DNA from: Camelus dromedarius
Taxonomy: Eukaryota
Direction: 5' to 3'
NCBI RefSeq assembly: GCF_036321535.1
Contig: NC_087437.1
Span: 30,072,001-30,136,000, forward strand
DNA length: 64,000 nt
Shown here: positions 12,331 to 25,609 of the stretch, piece by piece
Position numbering within the stretch: the first letter of the stretch is position 1
Layout of the letters: each line of letters starts with the position of its first letter
The notes under the pieces: model-generated
Databases searched by the model: none
Told to the model about the DNA's origin: nothing
What the model saw: only the letters and a program-made list of their open reading frames with translations
Program-made: the position numbers and the translations under genes

Positions 12331-12884
12331 GGGTTGCAACTTTTAACTAATTTACTCCAAGTTCCTCCTATACATTTTGAACAATTTTTTTAGTGAGGCC
12401 TTCAGTAAATAGAAATTTGTATTTAATCATTACCTATATAATTATCACTGTAGTGATGTCTTCTGACACAGACTGACTTCTGGAAGAAATCAAGAGCTTC
12501 TGAAATCTTAACCATCTAAAAAGTCAACTTTTTCTTTCCAGAACAGAATATTGTAAGTTCAAATTATATGAACATAATTTAAAATATTTAGTTTTTTGTT
12601 TTCTTCATTGTAGTTACTTTTTATGTGTGTAACAAATTGTGGTCTCTCTCTCTCTATATATATGACTACAGACACATCATTAAAAGTTATCCTATAGTTT
12701 TGATGGTGAAAATTTTACTGTTTATATATGTTGTGAGAAGTTGACACATCCTCAAATTGACAGAAGGAAGATAATGATGTGTATCTTTAAGAACTCAACT
12801 TAAAATTCTAAATAAACTGTGCAATCTGACTAAAATTAGTCACCATTATATGTACTCTAAATCTTTACATAAAGATTTAGTTTG

Positions 12885-13166
12885 TGACGGGTATATAGGA
12901 TAGATAAATAAGTTTATACTGTATATATAGCACAGGGAAATATATTCAAAATCTTGTAGTAGTAGCTCACAGTGAAAAAGAATATGAATGAATATATGTA
13001 TATTCATGTATGACTGAAAAATTGTGCTGTACACCAGAAATTGACACAACATTGCAAACTGACTATAACTAAATAAAAAAATAAATTCGTTTTAAAAAGG
13101 AATTGATTTAAAAGAAAATCTTTAATTTTCTGATTATTCTCCAATTAAGTTATTTGAATGAAAAAG
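12885..13166 (+). mobile_element. 5'-truncated camelid L1 with extra 3' sequence inside a 14-bp TSD
   Basis: L1 3'UTR 'tagcacagggaaatatattcaaaatcttg...acaccagaaattgacacaacattg'; perfect TSD aaagatttagtttg at 12871-12884 and 13167-13180. Confidence 0.85.
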
Positions 13167-13699
13167 AAAGATTTAGTTTGGATTTAGGATGTAACTTAAA
13201 TATTACTAATGGTACCCTGTCAATACAGAATCCTTAGTTTATATAAAGGCAGGTCCTAGGCTCACAACAGAAGTTCCCTGTTTCCTTTGTATGGTGGATG
13301 TTTGTTTTTTTGCTACCGAGCATCTGTTCTCCTACCTGTGGTGAAACACACCAGTTTTCCTTCTCCTTTTGGGGAATTGCTTCTCCTCTATTTTGTGAAG
13401 GGATGCTCTTCTGGCATAATCTCAGTTTACCACATTTCCAGGAAGATTCTGCTTTGTCTTTTCAGTAGCACTTGTTTTGGTTGCTACAATGGTCAAACAT
13501 ATAATAATAATAACCATTATTTATTGGGCAACTTTGATTTGCAAGTTAATGACTAGGCACTTTTGTGTACTATTTGTAACCTCATATCAAAACTGTAAGG
13601 CAGGGGTCATAGCAACATTCTTTCCTCTTAATACTTTTGAATATGTTCAGAATTGTGATCTAACTCTAAAAATTCATCCAAAAAGAATGTCATCAAGGT

Positions 13700-14130
13700 C
13701 ACTATATAAAAAATTTTATGGAAATATTTCTACATTACAAATAGAGAAAATAGAATAATTAATCTCCATCATCCACCTTCAACAAAGATCAATTTATGGC
13801 CAAACTTGTTTGATCTATGCTCCACCAGTTCCTTCAACATTATTTTGAAAGAGATTCCAAATATCATGTCTTTCTATCTGTAAATAATTTAGTATGTATC
13901 TCTCAAACATAAAGATTGCTCTTTTAAACATAACCTCAATACCATGATTACACCTAAAATATTATAAAAGTCCTATTGCATCAAGTATATAGACTGGATT
14001 TATATTTTTCCGATTGCCTAATCCTCTCTCTATCTTTATCTCCATTTAATCTCTCTCTCTCCTTTTCTTTCTCTTTAGCAGATTGTTTAATCAGGATCCA
14101 GAAAGACTAGGCTAGCATTTAGATTAGTTG
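13700..14130 (-). mobile_element. Old L1M 3'UTR fragment
   Basis: 'attattttgaaagagattccaaatatcatg...ttttaaacataacctcaataccatgattacaccta'. Confidence 0.55.
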
Positions 14131-14149
14131 CTGTCTGTTAAATCTCTTT

Positions 14150-14863
14150 TTTTTATGCCATAAGTTTATTTACAAACATATCTAGTACGTTGAGTTCAAG
14201 AGTTTAATCATTTTTTTCAAAGGGATTGCACAGTGGTTTTAAAAAAAGTAACAATGTTTCTAATCTTGTGTTATGAATATGATTATAGTACTGTATGCCA
14301 TAAAATTTTTATAATTCACCCATTATTGCATACCTAGGTTACAGTGAAACAATTATATTAATTATATAGGCTACCATAAAACAATCATATTGCTGCTTCT
14401 TCATTATCAATCAGTCGCTATACCTGTAAATAAATAAGAATTTCTTTATCACATCATCCTTTCATTTTTAATGTTTAGTGTTAGGAGTATGTATAACATA
14501 TACAATGTTTTGTATCCTATAAGACAATATTGAAATGGGTACTGATGGGTGATATATTGTAAATAGATGATGTAAACTTATGGCATCTATAAATACAGCA
14601 GAGTGCTGTAAATGAATTTTTCTCTTCCTGATGATTTTCTTAATAAAATTCCTTTCTCTAGCTCACTTTATTGTAAGAATACAGTATATAATACATATAA
14701 CATATAAAATAAGTATTAATTGATGATTTATATTATCAGTAACGCTTCCAGTCTACAGTAGGGTATTAGTAGTTAAGTTTTGGGAGAGTCAAAAGTTATT
14801 TGCTAATTTTCAACTGTGTTGGGAGGCAGCATTATTACCCCTGCATTATCCAAGGGTCAACTG
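14150..14863. mobile_element. Tigger2 (TcMar) right-end fragment
   Basis: 'tttctctagctcactttattgtaagaatacagtatataatacatataac...' ending in terminal repeat 'caagggtcaactg'. Confidence 0.8.
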
Positions 14864-16555
14864 TGTATCAGTCTTCATTTATTATGGATCCATATCTCTT
14901 AAGTGAGTTTGGTTGCTTAAAAACATTAAAAAGCCACATGATAATGATACAGTCAGTTGTACAAGACACCTCAAGGTTGTGATTAATTCTCTGTAATAGA
15001 ACCTATAAGCAATTAGGTAAATTTGCAAAGAAACGGTAGCAGAATCTGAGAAGAGAGGTTGAGAAATGATATCATATCTAAGAAGATTCCCAAATCATGC
15101 AATTGTCCTGTCAACATTTCAGATTCTAAAGGTAGATTCAACAACAGCAGCAGTAATAACATCAACCATGTAATGATTATTTGCCACCTGTCAGTCACTA
15201 TTAGCTGCCCTACTCACTTACTACATTCAATTTTCATAGTGGCCCAGAAGCTAGTAAGTACTTTCCCATTATGCAGATAAGAATAAAAAGTCTCATAGAG
15301 ATCAATTACTATATGCTCTATCATTCAGTTAGTTAGTAGTGGAGCAAAAACTGAAAATCATATCTGTTTGAGTAGAAGGTTCATAGTCTTTCCATTAACA
15401 CCATACTACCTTAAAATTATCTTGAGGGTAAAAATGTACTTCTTTTTCATGCACAAATCCCATCTCCTATTTTTTTTTTATTTTATGTTGCATTAAAATA
15501 TATCTAATTTCTGATATTTATCTCACTACTTGTTGGATACTAGCATAACATGACTAACCTTCAAAATAAATAATTCCTTTTATATTTGCTATAATGTGTG
15601 TGTGTTGCTAGCAAAGAAAACATCAATTTTAATACTATCTGCACTTCGCTTGAAGCATTGTTAACTAAATTAATGCAGTCACATTTATCCTACGAATGTT
15701 TTCAGACTACTATGAATAATGTACTTTTCAAATACAATGTAGCAAGCTATAAAATAGGGCATAATTATGCTGAGTGAGTTATGGTGTTTAAAATCAGGAT
15801 TTGTCATGATGTCAAATAGTAAAAGGGAATGAAGTCACATATCAAAATTATTTATCCTTTATGAATTTGGTAAAAGAGTAATGTGAATTCTCTAAATGAC
15901 CTCTGAAGCAGAATATGTATTATCTTTGGTGCCCCAACAATGAAAACATATTGACATAGAAAAAGAAGTTATAATTACAATAAACTTGAAAATTAAAAAT
16001 GGAGTTTCTCCCCTTAATATGCTAGAAATCTTAAATTGAACTAACTGGGAAAATATTGGTTGGAGATCACCACTTACTCCTTCTTAATTTGGATTACCAA
16101 CATGCTTTCTAGTAGTAAAACTAAAGTCAGTTTTATATGATGCTACAATATCTCAATGTTGTTGAATAAATGATGTTTCTTGAAAAAAATCTGGTTAAAC
16201 GTGATTTAAAAAGACATAGTTGATTACTGCTGTAAAGTACTAAAATTTTAAAAGAAAATATTGTTTTTCTGAAACATCTGTTATTAATTATAATCAAAAG
16301 CTTTAGTTGAAAGCCATTGTTTTGATGGTTCATTATGAGGTTTAGCTATACCAATGATACTAAGTTCAAATGATAAAATGCCTTTGATCCTCTAAAAATG
16401 TGCATAGTAATCAAGATTTACTTTAAAAATGGTTCATTTCCTTAATCTAATTCCTTTTTCCTTGGAATGACTCTTTCTTCTAAAATGTGGCTACCCCCCA
16501 AAAAAACCCCAAAAAACCCAAAACAGCAGCAACAACAAAAAACACCTTTACCAAT

Positions 16556-16855
16556 TATTATAGATCGAAAATTTGTATCTTCCCAAAATAAATATGTTAA
16601 AATCCTACACCAAGTGGGATGGTATTAGGAGATAGAGAGCCTTTAGAAAATGATAAGGTTATGAGAGTGGAGCCATCATGAGTGGGGTTAGTGTCCTTAT
16701 AGAAGAGATTCTGGAAGAGGGCTCTCACCAGAACCAGATCAGGCTGGCACCATGATCTTAGACTTGCACCCTTCACAACTGAGAGAAAATGAGTTCCTGT
16801 TGTTGATAAGGCAGACAGTTGATGGTATTTTATTATTGCAGCTCAAGCTAAGACA
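16556..16855 (+). mobile_element. MaLR solo LTR (MLT1A-like)
   Basis: 'atggtattaggag...agtgtccttatagaagag...gctggcaccatgatcttagactt...gctaagaca'; 5-bp TSD ccaat/ccaac. Confidence 0.8.
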
Positions 16856-16860
16856 CCAAC

Positions 16861-17518
16861 TATGTAACAGTTGACCCTTGAGAAACATGGGTTTGAATTG
16901 CAGATTTTTTTCAGTAAACACTACAGTACTACACAGTTCATGGCTGGTTGATTCCGGGGATGCAGAGCTGAGGTACAGAGGTCAGACTATAAAGTTATAC
17001 TTGGATTTTCAACTGAGTGAGGTGTCAGTTCCCCCTACCTCCTGAATTGCTGAAAGGTCAACTGTAGTTTCCTAAGGCTGCCATAGTAAATTATCACATA
17101 CTTGGTGGTTTAAAACAACAGAAATTTATTCTCACAGTTCTGGACGCTCAAAATATGAAATCAAAGTGCAGACTGGGCTGTGCTCCTAAGTGGTCTAGGA
17201 GAGACTCCTTCTGTGCCTCTTCCAGATGCTGGTGGCCCCAGGCATTACCTACTGCGTGGCTGCATCACTCCAGTTTCAGCCCCTGTCTTCACACGGCCCT
17301 CTCCTCTTCTCCTTGAGGATCTCTTCCTTGTGCATTTCCTATAAAAATGGCTTTAATGGATTTAAGACCCACCTGGATAATACTGAATGATTTCATCTTG
17401 AGATTCTTTACTTAATTACATCCACAAAGACCCTTTTTCCAAATAAGGTCACATTCACAGATTCCAAGGGTTAGGATGTAGACATGTCATTCGAGAGGCC
17501 ATAATTTAAATCACAATA
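16861..17518 (-). mobile_element. MaLR solo LTR (MLT1C-like), interrupted near its end by a Tigger2-type MITE
   Basis: 'tagtttcctaaggctgccatag...ggtggtttaaaacaacagaaatttattctcacagttctgga...aagaccctttttccaaataaggtcacattcacag'; TSD ccaac/ccaat. Confidence 0.8.
16868..17064. mobile_element. Tigger2-derived MITE
   Basis: Terminal inverted repeats cagttgaccctt...aaaggtcaactg followed by TA. Confidence 0.85.
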
Positions 17519-17809
17519 CCAATTTTACCTAAACTTTAGTTTCTGTTCAGGGTTCAAGAGTGAGCTTTACGGTCTGAAAACTGGGATCAACATTGGCTAC
17601 ATGGTCCACTAGCTGTGTGATATTTGGCAAGTTACCAGTCCAGTGTACATCTGGAAAGTAAGCAAAATAGTACTGATCATAGAAGTCTGATGGACTTAAC
17701 AATTGTGGTATAAATTGATAATTGACATTTTCCTTTCTGCCTCCTAAGTTGGATTCCTTTTGAACGTCTACATTTTGCTTGGTCTCTCTTCCTTGCTCTT
17801 TCCATGTCA

Positions 17810-18600
17810 TTTGGCACTGTTGACCACTCCCTATGTCTTGAACATTTTTGCTCCTTTAGCTCCTAAAGACATCATGCTTTCCTGATTGTTTCACTCTTCT
17901 GACTGTTCTTTCTTTTTCCTGTGCCTTTATCTTTCCCTTTAAATATTGTTTTTTTCCTAAGGTTCCTAATACAAGCCCATTCTGTAATTATTCTACACAC
18001 TTTCTGCAGGAAACTTAACCTATTTCTAGGATTTCAATTAACACCCAATTGCTGATAATTCTGAAGACTACTTCTCCAACTCAAAAACCCCCCTTAAGCT
18101 AGAAACCTGTATGTAACTTCCCTGTCTACACCTAGATGTCCTATCTCTAAGTCTTCATATTCACATTATAAGCTAAACCCTAATTTTCTCACATCCAGAA
18201 AGCTATACTTTCTTTGAAGACTTAACATATTGCTCCTCTCCAGCCATACAGCTCAACCAGTAGTTCCCCAAACATGTCACGCTCTTTTGTCTGTTCTTAT
18301 CTTTATCCATGGCATTCTCTCTCCTTGCAATGCTCTTTTCACAGTCTTGTGAACACTTTTCCATATTGTTCAGAACTTAGCTCAAACATCACTTCAATTT
18401 TTATGACCATTCACTCTCTTCTTTGTAGCCCCACTAAAATGTACACCTACTTTCATCACACCAAATGACTTTTTTGAGATTTTTCTCCCCAACTAGACCA
18501 TTCACTCCTTAAAGGGTAAGTATCCATGCTCCACTTATCTTTGTATCCTTACTTTTCAGCATAGTGTCTGGCACATAGTATTCAATAAATATTTATTAAA
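17810..18600 (+). mobile_element. L2 LINE 3' fragment
   Basis: Ends 'cagcatagtgtctggcacatagtattcaataaatatttatt'; pyrimidine-rich L2 body. Confidence 0.7.
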
Positions 18601-18727
18601 CTTGTTTCTTAGGCCTACCAAAAGCCATCTTGCTATTATTATTTTTTGTGTGTGCTTAGCTTATTATTAAAAGCAGTTAAATATAGCAATAATGGCTAAA
18701 GTTTGTTGTTGGCTATTGTTTCAAGCA

Positions 18728-19425
18728 CGTGAGGGTAGCCAGCCTTCTTTTTTTTTATTTTTTTATTTTTTTAATGGAGATACTAGGGATTGAACCCTGG
18801 ACCTTGCACGTACTAAGCATGTGCTGTATCACTGAGCTATACCCACATTCCAGGCAGCCTTCAAAAATGGCTTTTAATGATTCTTGCCTCCTGGTATTCA
18901 TGCCGTTGTGTAATCCCCCCCTTTGATTGTGGGTTGGACTTTGTAACTTACTTCTAGTGAATAGAATACAGCAAACGTGACTGACTTCCACTTCTGAGAT
19001 TAGGTTATGACGACATTGTGACTTCTGTGACTTGCTCACACTCCATCTTGCTCATACTCTCTCACTTGCTTTCTCTGGTGAAGCAAGCTGCTGTGTTGTG
19101 AGCTGTTGTGTGGAAAGTCCCATGGGATAAGGAACTAGAGGTAACTTCTGTCAAACCGCCAACATTGAACAGAGGTCTTCAGTTCAACAATCTGAGAGGA
19201 ACTGAATCTTGTCAACAACTACATGAATGAACTTGACAGCTGTTTCTTCCCCAGTCAAGCCTTGACTGTAGCCCCCAATACCTTGATTGCAGTGTTTGAA
19301 AAGACCCTAAGCTAGAGGACGCAGGTAACTGTATTGGGATTTCTGACTCAGAAACCATGAGATGATAAAGGTTTGTTGTTTTAAGCTGCTAAACTTTGGG
19401 GTAATTTGTTATATAACTGAAACAC
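18728..19425 (+). mobile_element. MaLR solo LTR (MLT1F-like), split by a SINE
   Basis: 'ggtagccagcctt|caaaaatggc...aatgattcttgcctcctggtattcatgcc...tgttgttttaagctgctaaactttggggtaatttgttat'. Confidence 0.8.
18748..18851 (-). mobile_element. Camelid tRNA-derived SINE (Vic-1 type) with TSD
   Basis: A/B-box tRNA-like head and poly-A; TSD agccagccttc (18737-18747) / aggcagccttc (18852-18862). Confidence 0.85.
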
Positions 19426-19519
19426 TGTTTCAAGAAATTCACATGAATCAACTCATTAATCCTTGAAACAACACTATGAGGTAAACTCCACTTTACAGAT
19501 GAGAAAACTGAAGCACAGT

Positions 19520-20029
19520 TTGGGGTCTTGGCATAACTTAGCTGCATCTCTGTTCCTGTCTCAGAAGGCTACAATCAAGGTTTTGTCCAGGGCTGCAGTT
19601 CTCATCTTGGGCTCAAGGTCCCCTTCCAAGCTTTTTAAGATTGTTGTCAGAATTCAGTTCACTGTGGTTATATGATGAAGGTCCTCATTTTCTAAGTGTC
19701 ATCCAGGAACCATTCTCAGCTGCTGGAGGCTGCCCACAGTGTCTTGCCGCATGGCTTACACAGGTGTTCACAACACAGATGTTTGCTTTCTTCCAGGTCA
19801 CCAGGAGCATCTCTTCCATCTTCAGAGCCTCTTTTGAAAACTCATCTAATTAGAATTAATTAGAATAGTCTTCCTTTTGATTAACTCAACTGCTTAGGAA
19901 CCTTAATTATATTTGCAAAAATTCTTTTGCCATGTAACATAATATAATCATAGGAGTGAAATTCTATCCTATTCAGTTTTCACCAAGAGCAATGGTCATC
20001 AGAGATCACTTTAGAATTCTGCCTACCAC
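19520..20029 (-). mobile_element. MaLR LTR (MLT1E-like)
   Basis: 'aaggctacaatcaaggttttgtccagggctgcagttctcatct...ttgtcagaattcagttc...tttagaattctgcctaccaca'. Confidence 0.7.
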
Positions 20030-20408
20030 AAGATTTCTTCTTTTAGTCTTTCATTAAGTCTCTTTTTATATAGTTGTAATAATGTAGTTCATTTAAACAT
20101 GTATACCTTCCTTTCAACTCTATCATATCACAAGCATTTTCCATTATTATATAGGCTTCATAAATAAAATTTTAATGGGTTTATAATGCACTATATAAAG
20201 TTAAATTTGACAAGCTTTTCTACACATTTTCATGTCTAATCCTGAGGAGATTAAGATATGTAACTCTGAAATGAGATATGTTTCTTAACTCTTTTTTTGC
20301 CTCTATAAAATGGAGATAGTAAAATTACTTATTTTATCTGATATTCTTAAGGTTAAGTGAAATGATATGAAGTGCTTAATATAATGCCTGGCACATGGTA
20401 AGCTTTTA

Positions 20409-20588
20409 TTTTTTTATTTTTTTATTTTTTTAACATTTTTTATTGATTTATAATCATTTTACAATGTGTCAAATTCCAGTGTTCAGCACAATTTTTCAGT
20501 TATTCATGGACATATACACACTCATTGTCACATTTTTTTCTCTGTGAGTTATCATAACATTTTGTGTATATTTCCCTGTGCTATACAG
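20409..20588 (-). mobile_element. Short young camelid L1 3' end inserted into a MIR (~20270-20400)
   Basis: Perfect 12-bp TSD ggtaagctttta at 20397-20408 and 20589-20600; T-rich tail on the left. Confidence 0.9.
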
Positions 20589-21574
20589 GGTAAGCTTTTA
20601 AATAACATTAACAATCATTATAATCTTTATCATTTATTCTGAACCGTATTCTCATTTTACTCCAGGTTCTTATAGATCTATTTGATACAAAGATTATTTC
20701 TTGATGTCAGTGAGAATGTAGAAATATTTGGGATATGAAGAATCAAGCAGTAATTTGATATTTTATTTACTAGCTGTGTAATTGGAGAGGTCACCTAGCT
20801 TCCTCATCTGTAAAATGGAGATAATATGCATTTCACAGCTTCTTTGATAATGTATAAAAAGGACAAATAGTGTGATTATTATATAGCTGGTGCTCAATAA
20901 TTTAGTTTATTGATCTTGAAAGCTCGTTAAAATATTTCAGGTACTTTGTACACATACTTACAGACAAAATTCTTACTAAATAATCTATATTTCTCTTACA
21001 TCCAGAGTTTATGGGAATAACAAAACCATTTGTAAAAGACGGATTATAAAATTAAAGACAGTTTATAAAGAAAAGATAATGAGCTTTATTATTTTATTAT
21101 TATTTACTATGTATAAATCAACTAATTGCTGTATTTTCAGTACATTCATCTTTGTTTTTCATTGAGCTTTTGTCATTTTCCAGTCTGAAACATTCACATA
21201 GAAACTATGTAGGGTGAAATGTTGAAATGTTCTGTAAATCACTGTGTGCTAATTAAATTCAATGTTATTGGGATGTTTTAGTTTCCTTTTTAAAGGAAGA
21301 TATCTAAAGATGATTGATGGAAATGGTACATTTGGAGAAACATTTAGGCTTATGTGCTTTATAAAAATAAAACAAAACAATGTACGTTTCTGCTAGCACT
21401 AAGGCTGAATTTGTGAGAAATTTGATAAGTACGTTAATTTAATTAGAAATATTTTATTTTAGTAAAACCATTCATAAAACAGGAATGTCTGCAACAATGT
21501 TTTGCCCTGATCATAATGTTCTTTTACATCAGACAAGTGATGACTTCAGAAGCCAGGATTCTGTGGGTTGCTGA

Positions 21575-21790
21575 GCACACAGCATGGTGGGGTGCCATCC
21601 CGTGTGGTGGCTGAAAGCAGAGGGTCAGACGGGCCCGGTGAGAATCTGCCTCTTGGTGCCTCAGCTTCCTCATCTATAAAATGGGGGATACACTGGCACT
21701 TATCATAAAAGAATTTTGTGAGGAAACAATGAGATTATCTGCATAGAGTGCTGAGGCCTAGTACATTGTAAATATTCAATCAAGTTAACT
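21575..21790 (+). mobile_element. MIR SINE
   Basis: 'gtgcctcagcttcctcatctataaaatggggg...ttgtgagg...aatgagat'. Confidence 0.7.
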
Positions 21791-23510
21791 TTTATTCCAT
21801 TACTATAATTTATGATCCCATTTCCGTGGACAGTTTCTGAAATGCTAACCCATGACTTTTTAATGCCTCCCTAATGGCATTTCTTTGAAGAAAACCTGAT
21901 AATATTTAGGCATTAAATTGAACTGTGGCTGCCAGGCTTCAGTTCTGATGGGATTTCTCTGTGTTTTAGTGCCAGTCCTCATTCCAGATGAGCACGGGCA
22001 AGGACTTAGTTGGCCAGGGAGGGGAATTTAAAGCTGTTTCCTTTTAAAAGTTAACGAATCTAAATTTTCCCAAACCATTCATGAAAAATTTTAAAGACGA
22101 TTGTGATGTCCATTATGTAGAGGAAACTATGGGAACACAGACATGTTTTCTCTTCCAACCTCTGCCCCATAAAACTAGATGAAACACATTCAACTTAGAC
22201 CCAAATCCTATTGTTCCAATGTGCAGAGTACTTATAACAACTTCTTCTTCTCCCACAGCAAAGGTGTCTGGCAACCCATACAGTCCTGTAGTTACCTTCC
22301 TATACCTCTGGGAATCACTCCGGGCTCTGCCTTCCCCTTTCCATCAGTCATATACGTGCCCTGCTTTATGGTTACAGTGTCTTCTCTACCTAGCCAGGGC
22401 ATTTGTACTAGGCAGTCTTCCTGATTCTGGTTTTGCCCTTAGACGGTTCCTCTTTCAGTTCTTCCTCCTCGGTTCTGTGTTCTACAGTCCGTGGACCAGC
22501 ACTGTTCTACTCCATCCCCAGTCCCTAAATTATACCTGACCCTTGCCTGTCCAGAGAGAGGCAGTCAGTAAGTGCCCCAAATCTTGAGCATTCCAGTCTA
22601 GATTCTCCTGGAGAATCAGGAACTCATGTTTGTTTTTATGCAGAGACCCAAGGTTGTGTGAATGAGGCTTTCAGGGTCAACTTAGCTTCCCACCACTGTG
22701 AGAAAATGAGATGACCCTGGAATGCTGGATACCTTCAACTGATGGTAAAAAGATTGTAACAAATTCCATGATTGTCCCAAGTGAACCCAGAGACACTCTG
22801 GACCCTTGGTTTGGAATATCATAAGCTTCTTGATATGGTGAGATGAAATTTTGATGGATATTTCTGAAGATCATACTCTCAAGAGCTGAGGAACTATCCA
22901 AAGATGATGCCCTTGCCTAGAGTTGTTTTTCCCCCTAAAACTTTAGATGAGTTTTTTTTTTTTTTGAGCCATGCAATTCCTGTGACTCAGCCCTCTTGCA
23001 TCCAAAAGTACTCATGGCTTAGAGGTACACTTTTTAGAGAATTTTCCAGCCCAATGGAAGCTGGCTTCTGCAGGATATGAAACTATGCCCCCTAAGGCAG
23101 TATCAGTGCCATAGTTAACAATTCTGTAGCCCCAATCTAAATTACCAGCAACAATTTCTAAACTGGCAGATTCTTTTGGAATACATTTGACTTCTTACTC
23201 CATATATTTCACTGTTAGGTTTTGTGGGAAATACAAAAGATGTAGGCATATAATTATTATTCTTGAGCAGATTATGACCTATGAAAAGTGACAGAAACAA
23301 TTAAATGATAAGACATATTTTGTGCTCTAAGATATCAGAAAAGGAAGTGATCACTTCAGATTGGTGATGTAGATTCACGCTGAGGCTTGAACAATGTTGA
23401 GGGTTTGCAGGTATGGAAAATATTGGATGGAGGATATTCAGAAAGAGCCACGTTGTAGCTGGAACAAAGCCCGTTATGTCATTCTCATGCTTAAAACCTT
23501 TCAGTGTTTT

Positions 23511-23660
23511 CCAGTTGTGCTTCTCAAACTTGAATGTGCACATACAATTAAATTAAATGATTTAGATTCAGTAGGTCTGCAGTGAAGTCTGACATTCCGC
23601 ATTTATAACAAAATTTCAGCTGCTACTGTTGGACCTCAGCTAAAACTCTGAGAAGCAAGA
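23511..23660. mobile_element. MER5-type hAT-Charlie MITE
   Basis: 'cagttgtgcttctcaaacttgaatgtgca...gattcagtaggtctg...actctgagaagcaag'. Confidence 0.65.
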
Positions 23661-23676
23661 ATCTATACTGGGAGTT

Positions 23677-23901
23677 CAGGTGAGGCAAACTACAGCCCAT
23701 GTACCAAATCTAGCCCATCACCTGTTTTTAAATACAGTTTTATTGGAACACAAGCACATCCATTTGTTTACCAACTGTCCATGGATGTTTGTGTTGTACA
23801 ATGGCAAAATTAAGTGGTTGTAACAGAGACCATAGGACCCACAAAGCATAAAATGTTTTTTACTATCTTACTCTTTAGAGAAAAAGTTTGCCGATCTCAG
23901 G
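23677..23901. mobile_element. hAT-Charlie MITE (MER58A-like)
   Basis: 'ggcaaactacagccc...ttttattggaacaca...taacagagaccata...aaaaagtttgccga'. Confidence 0.8.
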
Positions 23902-24520
23902 TCTATACTCTAACATAAAATCCATATTCTTTAGGAATGAATGCTAGGACCAGCAAGATTTGCCTTCAGTCTGTCTAAGATAGCTGCTCTGCACTTGCCT
24001 TCTTAGGGTACATTACTGCCATGTGACCAACTTACTGGGACCCAGTTCTACATGGTCCTTCTCAGTTCTTTGCACATACCCTTTGCCTGCAACAACGCTT
24101 CCAGTTATCTCTGCTCCTCTTGCTCACTCACTCATCTTTCTTCATTTCCGAATATACCTCTTCTGGGCAAGCTTTCTCAAGGCTGGGCTAGATGTTTGCC
24201 TGTGCTTGCCATTGGAGCCAGGACTCCCTCTGTCAGAGCACTTGTCATTAAGGATGGATCTTGCCTGTTTGTCCTTCTCTCTCACTGGAAGGCAGGGATT
24301 GCATTTCATGATTCGCAGTATATAACAGATATTCAATAAATATTTAGTGAATGAATAAAGCAGTAATCAGTATAGCACATTTGGTGTAGAGTGAGGAGAC
24401 AGGTTGAATGCAGGATTTATTTAAGAGAGTGTTGGGAAATAAGGTTGTCCAGAGCAGGATGCAGCCAAACAATAAGGACCTCAAAACCAGGCACAATAAT
24501 CTTCTTTTCTTATTCTGGGC

Positions 24521-24774
24521 CAGCATTTCTCCAAATGACGTCTAAGAAATTCTGGGACTTAGGAGATGATAACAGGTCTTTATGGTCAAATGGGTTCCAG
24601 AAACTCTGCACAATATGCCCTCCTTTTACAGATTCACAGTTCACAGGATTCTACAGTGAAGAAACCAGTTTAACTTTGTTTAATCCAGGACAATTTAAAT
24701 TTTCTTGCTTGAAATCTTTCCCTCTCTTAGAAAGAGGAGCTCATACTCTGCTGAGGCCACTTTGGGAGATGCTG
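24521..24774. mobile_element. hAT-Charlie MITE (subfamily uncertain)
   Basis: Imperfect terminal inverted repeats cagcatttctccaaa / tttgggagatgctg. Confidence 0.55.
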
Positions 24775-25609
24775 ACTTGGCAACACAGAGCCTGACAGCT
24801 CACAATCAATGTGGTATTCTAGGAAGATTCTCCTGGCAGATGCTGAGTGGATGCACTGGGGAGGAAGGGAATGAGGCACATAGACCTGCTCTGCAGTTCG
24901 ACATGGGATGATAAAGGTTTGGGTGAAAGTGAGAAGAGAAAGGCAGGATTTATACAAACCAACACAGGAGAAAGAATCTCTGCACTGGTAGGATGTGAAA
25001 AGTTATCTTCCACAACCTAACTCTGCATTCCTTCCTATGGAGCACTGCTTACAGGGGGATCACCTTTTCTGGACCACTTCTTGCAACAGGAAGCTCTCTA
25101 ATGCAAACGGAGGAAGGTTTACTTTGTAAAGCTATTTATTTTTTCCTTATTTTCTTTATCAGCAGCAATTCATAGGTTAGAGTAAGCTGATATGAAATAG
25201 TAGTAGATAGAGGGTATCCAAAAGCCTGGAAATACCAAGAAATAGTATATTTATTATATTTTTCTAGATTAACCATTAGACTCTTTAATTTCAGAAGTAT
25301 GCCACCTGAAAATACATTGAGCATATTATTTGAAAATTAAACTAACATTATTTAACAACAAGTTTGTCCTATGTTTCCTAATTTTGAAGACATCCTGTAG
25401 AATTATTACATATTCACATGCCTAGCATGCTGGTAAGTGGGAAGTGGGTGATGTAGGGACAATAGCTGTGGGCGAAAAACAGTTGGAAGTTTTCTACAGT
25501 TTTTTTTTAATGGCAAGCTTTGGATCATGCTCACATGGATTTGAATATTTATCCTGAGTCTATCTGAATATACTTAGACATTGGTAAAAAAAAAAAAAAA
25601 AAAATCTAA

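Noticed and set aside
14156..14586. Inverted match atgccataagttta / taaacttatggcat
   Set aside because: Both copies lie within the Tigger2 fragment and are probably intrinsic to it.
21295..21330. Possible 30-nt exon (ttttaaag|GAAGATATC...AAATG|gtacat)
   Set aside because: Weak donor and the peptide GRYLKMIDGN is not recognised; insufficient support.
24023..25013. Cluster of overlapping 60-134 aa ORFs
   Set aside because: Overlap L2 and hAT MITE remnants; no coherent protein signal.
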